A DNA stretch of 64,000 nucleotides, taken from the NCBI GenBank assembly GCA_049513715.1, contig JBEKVV010000006.1:46582-110581 (forward strand), read 5' to 3'. The position numbers and the translations under genes are program-made. The stretch is from Candidatus Bathyarchaeia archaeon. Its GTDB lineage: Archaea > Thermoproteota > Bathyarchaeia > 40CM-2-53-6. The notes under the pieces were generated by a model. That model saw nothing but the letters and a program-made list of their open reading frames with translations. It did no database searches and was not told where the DNA came from. Shown here in pieces: positions 59,224 to 64,000 of this stretch. Every line of letters starts with the position of its first letter. The stretch's first letter is position 1.

Positions 59224-59838
59224 TTGAAAGTATTGACCTTGACTAGGGATTTCTACGGCAGGGACACCGTACGGGTTGCCAAGGAGTTGCTTGGCACATA
59301 TTTGGTTCGAGTGAAAGGAAAGAGTCGGATGGTGGGTAGAATAGTTGAGGTCGAGGCGTATAGGGGTAGTGACGATCCGGCAAGCCATGCTTTTCGCGGA
59401 TTGACGCTTAGAAATGAACCGATGTTCGGTGAACCCGGCCATGCGTACATTTACTTCACCTATGGAAACCATTACTGCCTGAATGTGACGACTCAGAAAA
59501 GCGGGACACCCGGCGCGGTACTAGTTCGCGCCTTAGAACCGCTACAAGGGCTTGTCACAATGAGGTGGCTGCGCCCCAAAGTCTCTGACATCGAATTGAC
59601 GAATGGCCCCGGCAAACTCACGAAAGCTTTTGGAATAGACAAGTCGTTGAACAAAGTCGACTTGACGCAACCAGGACCGCTCTTCATCTCGCCCGGCTCC
59701 GGAGAACCGCTGAAAATAGTTCGCTCGACTCGCGTTGGAATCAGAGAGGGTACCGACCGCCTGTGGAGATTCTACATCGCAGACTGCCAATACGTGTCGA
59801 AGCATAGACGCGAGAAACCTGGATTTCAAAGTACTTGA
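59224..59838 (+). CDS. 3-methyladenine DNA glycosylase (AAG/MPG)
   Basis: GRIVEVEAY, DPASH, AYIYFTYGNHYCLNV, AVLVRA, NGPGKL, RVGI. Confidence 0.92.
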   Translation: MKVLTLTRDFYGRDTVRVAKELLGTYLVRVKGKSRMVGRIVEVEAYRGSDDPASHAFRGLTLRNEPMFGEPGHAYIYFTYGNHYCLNVTTQKSGTPGAVLVRALEPLQGLVTMRWLRPKVSDIELTNGPGKLTKAFGIDKSLNKVDLTQPGPLFISPGSGEPLKIVRSTRVGIREGTDRLWRFYIADCQYVSKHRREKPGFQST

Positions 59839-59905
59839 TCTGACAGAATTGTGTCGCTACACGTAAATTCAACAGATTAGCTGTCATGCGCTTCTGCAAG
59901 ATCGA

Positions 59906-60883
59906 GTGACCTCGCGCATGGCAATTGTGCGAATAATTGACCTCACCAAGAAATACGGTTCAACGTTGGCAGTAGACCACCTCAACCTTGAGGTTCAAGA
60001 GGGCGAAATCCTCGGCCTACTAGGTCCGAATGGGGCCGGAAAAAGCTCCGTCCTTATGATTTTATCGACGATAATCAAACCCACCGCGGGCACAGCTGAA
60101 GTGGGAGGCTACGATGTTCGCAAGAATCCGTACGAAGTCCGAGAACTTATCGGAATCGCTTTCCAAGAGCCGAAGCTTTTCTGGATGAACACGCCTTGGG
60201 AGATACTCAATTGGCACGCGAGAGTATGCGGCGTCAAGAACCCCAAGCAGAAAGTCGAGACCATGCTCAAAGAACTCGAGCTTTGGGATGCAAGGAAAAA
60301 ACTCTCCCATGAACTCTCCGGGGGAATGAAAAAACGGGTAGAAGTTGCCAAAGTCCTAATTCAACGCCCCAAAGTGGCAATTGTTGATGAGCCCACTGCT
60401 CAGATTGATGTGGGCGGAAAGTATCAGATTTGGGATATGATTCGTGCGTTACGAAACGATGGGTCCACAATCATTCTCGCCACGAATGAGCTGAGCGAAG
60501 CTGACCGCCTTTCCGATAGAGTCGCAATAATGTTCCATGGCCGACTCAGAATCTGTGATACACCGAGGAACTTGAAGGACAGCATACAGGGCGGAGACGT
60601 AATTGACATACGACTTGATGCGCCTATTGAGGACAAGGCTCTTTCAGAGCTGAAGGGCATAGGCGGCATCGTTGATCTTGTCGTCGTCAAACCTACTCAC
60701 GTGCGAATTTACCTGAATCGGGCGGAGAAGATGTTACCGAAGATCATGAACGTCCTCTCTGTCTTGGGTGTTGGGATTAGTTCGATTAACATGAAGGAAC
60801 CCTCCCTCGATGATGTCTTTTTCCATTACACTGGAACCGTTCTCGATGAGGATAACGGAAACCCGGGAGTTACCAGTGCGTGA
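59906..60883 (+). CDS. ABC-2 exporter ATP-binding subunit (DrrA-like)
   Basis: GPNGAGKS, LSGGMK, IVDEPT, EPSLDDVF. Confidence 0.92.
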   Translation: MTSRMAIVRIIDLTKKYGSTLAVDHLNLEVQEGEILGLLGPNGAGKSSVLMILSTIIKPTAGTAEVGGYDVRKNPYEVRELIGIAFQEPKLFWMNTPWEILNWHARVCGVKNPKQKVETMLKELELWDARKKLSHELSGGMKKRVEVAKVLIQRPKVAIVDEPTAQIDVGGKYQIWDMIRALRNDGSTIILATNELSEADRLSDRVAIMFHGRLRICDTPRNLKDSIQGGDVIDIRLDAPIEDKALSELKGIGGIVDLVVVKPTHVRIYLNRAEKMLPKIMNVLSVLGVGISSINMKEPSLDDVFFHYTGTVLDEDNGNPGVTSA

Positions 60884-61638
60884 GCAAGCTTCTCCTAGTC
60901 ATAGAACGCGACATGCGCTCACTGATTCGACGTAAGAGCATCTTGGTGATGCGTTGGTTCTTCGTGATAGTGCAGATTGGAATTTTCGGATTGGCTGTTT
61001 CGAGAATAGTCGTTGCAATGCAGGACTATTATTACTACTACGCCATGGGCGTCATAGTCATGACGATGTATTCCGTGGCGATTTTTCTTGGCTACGAGAT
61101 TTACGATGAAGCTGACGAAGGATACGTGGAATACCTACTGAGTCTTCCGATCACAAGACGCGAGCTAGTGATAGGCCGTTCACTTGCGGGGGGGCTCCGG
61201 AGTTTCATTTTCATGTCTCCTATCATTGCCGGTTTTCTAATCATAATCGGTATTGAGGATCCACTCAAGATATTGACCGCGCTCGTGGCCCTCTACGGGT
61301 TCGCTTTCGGCGTGTCAGGGTTGAGTATCACGCTCGCTGTAGGTTTGAAGTCCGGCGATAGGTTCGACATCATAATGGGCGCGCTGGACGCATTCATAGT
61401 CAGGTTGAGTTCAGCGCTGTACCCGCAGGCATTCATGCCTGGACCGATAGCGATAATGTCCCAGTTCAACCCTCTGACATACGCGACCGACCTATTCAGG
61501 TGGTCGTTGAATTTCGACGTGAGTTACTTGGCGAACCCAGGACTTGCGCTGGTTGTGCTTTTGCTTTTCCTTGTGACTTTCAACTTCGCTGGAATCATAA
61601 TGTACGAACATAACCTTGAGGGCGGAAATTGGAGGTGA
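60880..61638 (+). CDS. ABC-2 type permease
   Basis: About 6 TM segments, LLSLPITR, NPLTY. Confidence 0.88.
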   Translation: MSKLLLVIERDMRSLIRRKSILVMRWFFVIVQIGIFGLAVSRIVVAMQDYYYYYAMGVIVMTMYSVAIFLGYEIYDEADEGYVEYLLSLPITRRELVIGRSLAGGLRSFIFMSPIIAGFLIIIGIEDPLKILTALVALYGFAFGVSGLSITLAVGLKSGDRFDIIMGALDAFIVRLSSALYPQAFMPGPIAIMSQFNPLTYATDLFRWSLNFDVSYLANPGLALVVLLLFLVTFNFAGIIMYEHNLEGGNWR

Positions 61639-61642
61639 TGAA

Positions 61643-62395
61643 ATGCTACGCGGGATGGCTTACGTCATAGCGCACGATTTTAGTGTCTTTTTCAAGTACA
61701 GATGGTTTCTTGCTGGCTTAATCAGCATGAACCTTGCAGACTTGCTCATTATGGGGGTTGTCTTCACGAAGATGGTTTCATTCAATTACTTCAAGTTCTT
61801 GGCGCCGGGAATTGCAACGATGGGGCTCTTCGCAGCCGCGTTCGTGATAGGAAGGGAGGTTAACATGGAAACCAGGCGGGGCTACAACCAATACCTGCTA
61901 AGTCTCCCCTTGAGGCGGTCAGAACTTGTTTTCGGGCGCATGGTGGCAGGTGGCGCTAGGGGACTTCTCTACGCCATTCCACTTCTCATTTTGGCCATGG
62001 TGATTCTCAGGTTTCCTTCCGCAATAGAGATAGGCCTAATCTTGTTCGCAATGTACCTTCTAGGAATGGGCATCTCAGGGCTAGCCATCAGCCTCGCAGT
62101 GGCCCTGAGAAGCTTTGAGAGATTCACCACTGCGCGAAGTCTGCTCTACCTACTGCTCGTCTTTTGCAGCACCGTCTTCTACCCCATTTCAGTCCTTCAA
62201 CAGGTCCTGAACGGGCCCTTGATTTTGTTCGCGCGAATAAACCCACTCAGCACAGTTTCCGACCTGCTCAGGGGCTACATGATGGGAACCCCACCAGTAA
62301 CATTGCTCAGCTGGCTCGAATTGCTCACCTTCTCGACAGTGTTCATTTTGGGTGGCGCTGGCCTATACGCGCTTGCAATTCAGCGATCGGTGTAG
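61643..62395 (+). CDS. ABC-2 type permease
   Basis: LAPG, LLSLPLRR, STVFYP, NPLS; GGAGGTGA RBS before ATG 61643. Confidence 0.88.
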   Translation: MLRGMAYVIAHDFSVFFKYRWFLAGLISMNLADLLIMGVVFTKMVSFNYFKFLAPGIATMGLFAAAFVIGREVNMETRRGYNQYLLSLPLRRSELVFGRMVAGGARGLLYAIPLLILAMVILRFPSAIEIGLILFAMYLLGMGISGLAISLAVALRSFERFTTARSLLYLLLVFCSTVFYPISVLQQVLNGPLILFARINPLSTVSDLLRGYMMGTPPVTLLSWLELLTFSTVFILGGAGLYALAIQRSV

Positions 62396-62446
62396 GACGA
62401 CGCAACTCATCGAAATCGAAGACGCACATGATTCTTCATGTTGGGT

Positions 62447-63220
62447 TCATGAAACCAAGAACTTGAAAGCGTAGTACAAATTCCTCATTCGGAACATGAA
62501 ACTGAATTTCGTCGAACCTTTTCGTAATCTGAATCCCACTGGAACCTCACAAACGCGCAAACGTTCTTTGAGTACTCTCACGAAAAGCTCTAACTCAATC
62601 TCGAAACCCGTGGCGTGAATGTTTTCGTACAGCCGTTCTACTGCTTCCCTTGTGAAAACCCAGTATCCAGTCTGAATGTCTGTGAACAGTCTTCCGAATT
62701 TCATGCTGAGGAGGAAGGATACTGTAAGATTGGAGGCAAGGCTCAAGAGAGGCATCGCGCCTCGCTCTCTTGGCCCACGAGTGCGCGAACCAAGAACCAC
62801 ATCGGCGTGGTCGGAGGTCGCCAGTTTCACCATCGGGTTAAGGAATGATGGGACATTGGTTCCGTCACCATCGATAATGCAGAGAAATTCCGCTTTTCCA
62901 TCCAGAAATGCCTTCATCCCAGTTCGAACGCCGCAACCTTTTCCTTTTCCAAAATCCTGAAGGATTACTGTTGCACCGGACTGTTCCGCTATGGTTCTGG
63001 TCTGGTCGGAGCTGAAGCCATCTACTACGACAGCATTTGTGAAGCCTGCAGCACGTGCCTCAATGACCAGTGAACCAATGGCCTCCTCTTCATCCAGCGT
63101 TGGGATCATCAGCATGACTCGGGCGCCCCATTGGTTATCTTTTTGAGTGTACGCAGGAGGAGCTCCTGAGTCGATGTAGGTCGCCATGCGGGCCACAAAC
63201 ATACTCATTCTGATTTGCAT
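62447..63220 (-). CDS. GT2 glycosyltransferase (Dol-P-Man synthase-like)
   Basis: IPTLDEE, VVDGFSSD, GKG, IDGDG, VLGSR, DIQTGY, FEIELE; start probably downstream of 63220. Confidence 0.88.
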   Translation of the reverse strand: MQIRMSMFVARMATYIDSGAPPAYTQKDNQWGARVMLMIPTLDEEEAIGSLVIEARAAGFTNAVVVDGFSSDQTRTIAEQSGATVILQDFGKGKGCGVRTGMKAFLDGKAEFLCIIDGDGTNVPSFLNPMVKLATSDHADVVLGSRTRGPRERGAMPLLSLASNLTVSFLLSMKFGRLFTDIQTGYWVFTREAVERLYENIHATGFEIELELFVRVLKERLRVCEVPVGFRLRKGSTKFSFMFRMRNLYYAFKFLVS

Positions 63221-63623
63221 TTTGGTTAGTCTTTACAGTTGGACGGTGGACCCTGCCTTTGTTGAGAGCAACCTTGCCTTCAGTCTTAAGAACGTACTAG
63301 AGGGTAGGTTATGGACCGTTGTCACTGCAATCTTTGTTCACGCCAATTTGCTTCATTTGCTGGGGAATATGATATTCCTCTACGTTTTCGGAAACACGTT
63401 GGAAAGCGTCACAAATTCCAGGCGCATGCTCCTCGCGTTCTTTTTGGGAGGACTGCTCAGTTTTCCTTTGAGCCTTCCATTCTTTCCCTCCAATGCCATT
63501 TTCGTGGGAGCTTCTGCTGCAATATTCACCTTAACAGCTGTAGTGATGCTGCTGAAACCACTGAGGTTCTCTTGGCTGTTGCTAATGCCCGTCGGGCTTG
63601 TGGCCGTGCTGTACTTTCTTTAG
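63186..63623 (+). pseudogene. Rhomboid intramembrane protease, C-terminally truncated
   Basis: HANLLHLLGNM and GASAAI (catalytic Ser) present; ORF stops at the IS end before the helix carrying the catalytic His. Confidence 0.7.
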
Positions 63624-64000
63624 GTTCTGTTAACTTGTCGGCGCATGTGCCTTTGAGTTAACTCACTCCCATCGACTTTCAGGATTACCCGCAGTTCGGT
63701 TTTCCTGTACCGTTGCTTCGGTTGGGAGCGCGATTGGCGCGAACCTCACGCCTCTCGCCAGAATATTTCTGGCGGCGTTTACGTCTCGGTCTACGGTGAA
63801 TCCACAGGAACGGCATTTCAGTTGTCGGTTCTCTTCAGGTTTCATTCTTGACCCACATATCGAACACTTCACCGAAGTCCCGTACGGATTCACATAGATG
63901 ACAGGTATGCCTTCCCATCTGGCCTTGTATTCGATTTGTCTTTGAAGCTCTGCGTAGCTCCAAGAGTTCATTCGGCCACGATACGTTCGACCCTGACCGT
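63623..64000 (-). mobile_element. IS200/IS605-family element right end (tnpB 3' part and putative omega-RNA region)
   Basis: TnpB C-terminus followed by hairpin GTTAACT..AGTTAAC (63629-63662), ending ..CAGAACC at the rhomboid break. Confidence 0.75.
63663..64000 (-). CDS. tnpB: TnpB RNA-guided endonuclease, C-terminal part (runs off window)
   Basis: WSYAELQRQIEYKA, VNPYGTS, CSICG..CRSCG, DRDVNAARNI. Confidence 0.9.
   Translation of the reverse strand, partial: GQGRTYRGRMNSWSYAELQRQIEYKARWEGIPVIYVNPYGTSVKCSICGSRMKPEENRQLKCRSCGFTVDRDVNAARNILARGVRFAPIALPTEATVQENRTAGNPESRWE

Noticed and set aside
1..64000. Numerous antisense or nested ORFs of 60-190 aa in the ORF track
   Set aside because: They overlap well-supported genes and have no motifs; treated as shadow ORFs.

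Overview
Chromosomal segment of an archaeon. The assignment is inferred from TrmB, SAMP/MoaD, AOR, DUF35-thiolase, archaeal-type NrdJ and many TTG starts; a TACK lineage such as Bathyarchaeia or Nitrososphaerota is plausible but unproven. Most genes are metabolic. They include two copies of a metallophosphoesterase + APC permease + class III aminotransferase module, the second with a nucleotidyltransferase-like gene, ALDH, AOR and MoaD. There is also a coproporphyrin-type heme cluster (radical SAM, TetR, hemC-hemD-hemB-chdC-hemE-hemH) with two copies of a 20-bp palindromic operator, an arsM/TrmB/DoxX locus, serS, a class II ribonucleotide reductase with an HNH-type intein, folE/queD/queC without queE, and an ABC-2 exporter. 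At the right edge, a TnpB (IS200/IS605-family) end truncates a rhomboid protease. The most unusual signal is at about 8.5-20 kb. A family of degenerate ~60-bp non-coding repeats, whose core has tRNA 3'-end spacing (GGTTCAATT...CGCACCA, followed by CACACAC(G)AAAA), brackets three accessory genes in inward-facing orientation, resembling a gene-cassette array. No rRNA, intact tRNA, CRISPR array or integrase was recognised.
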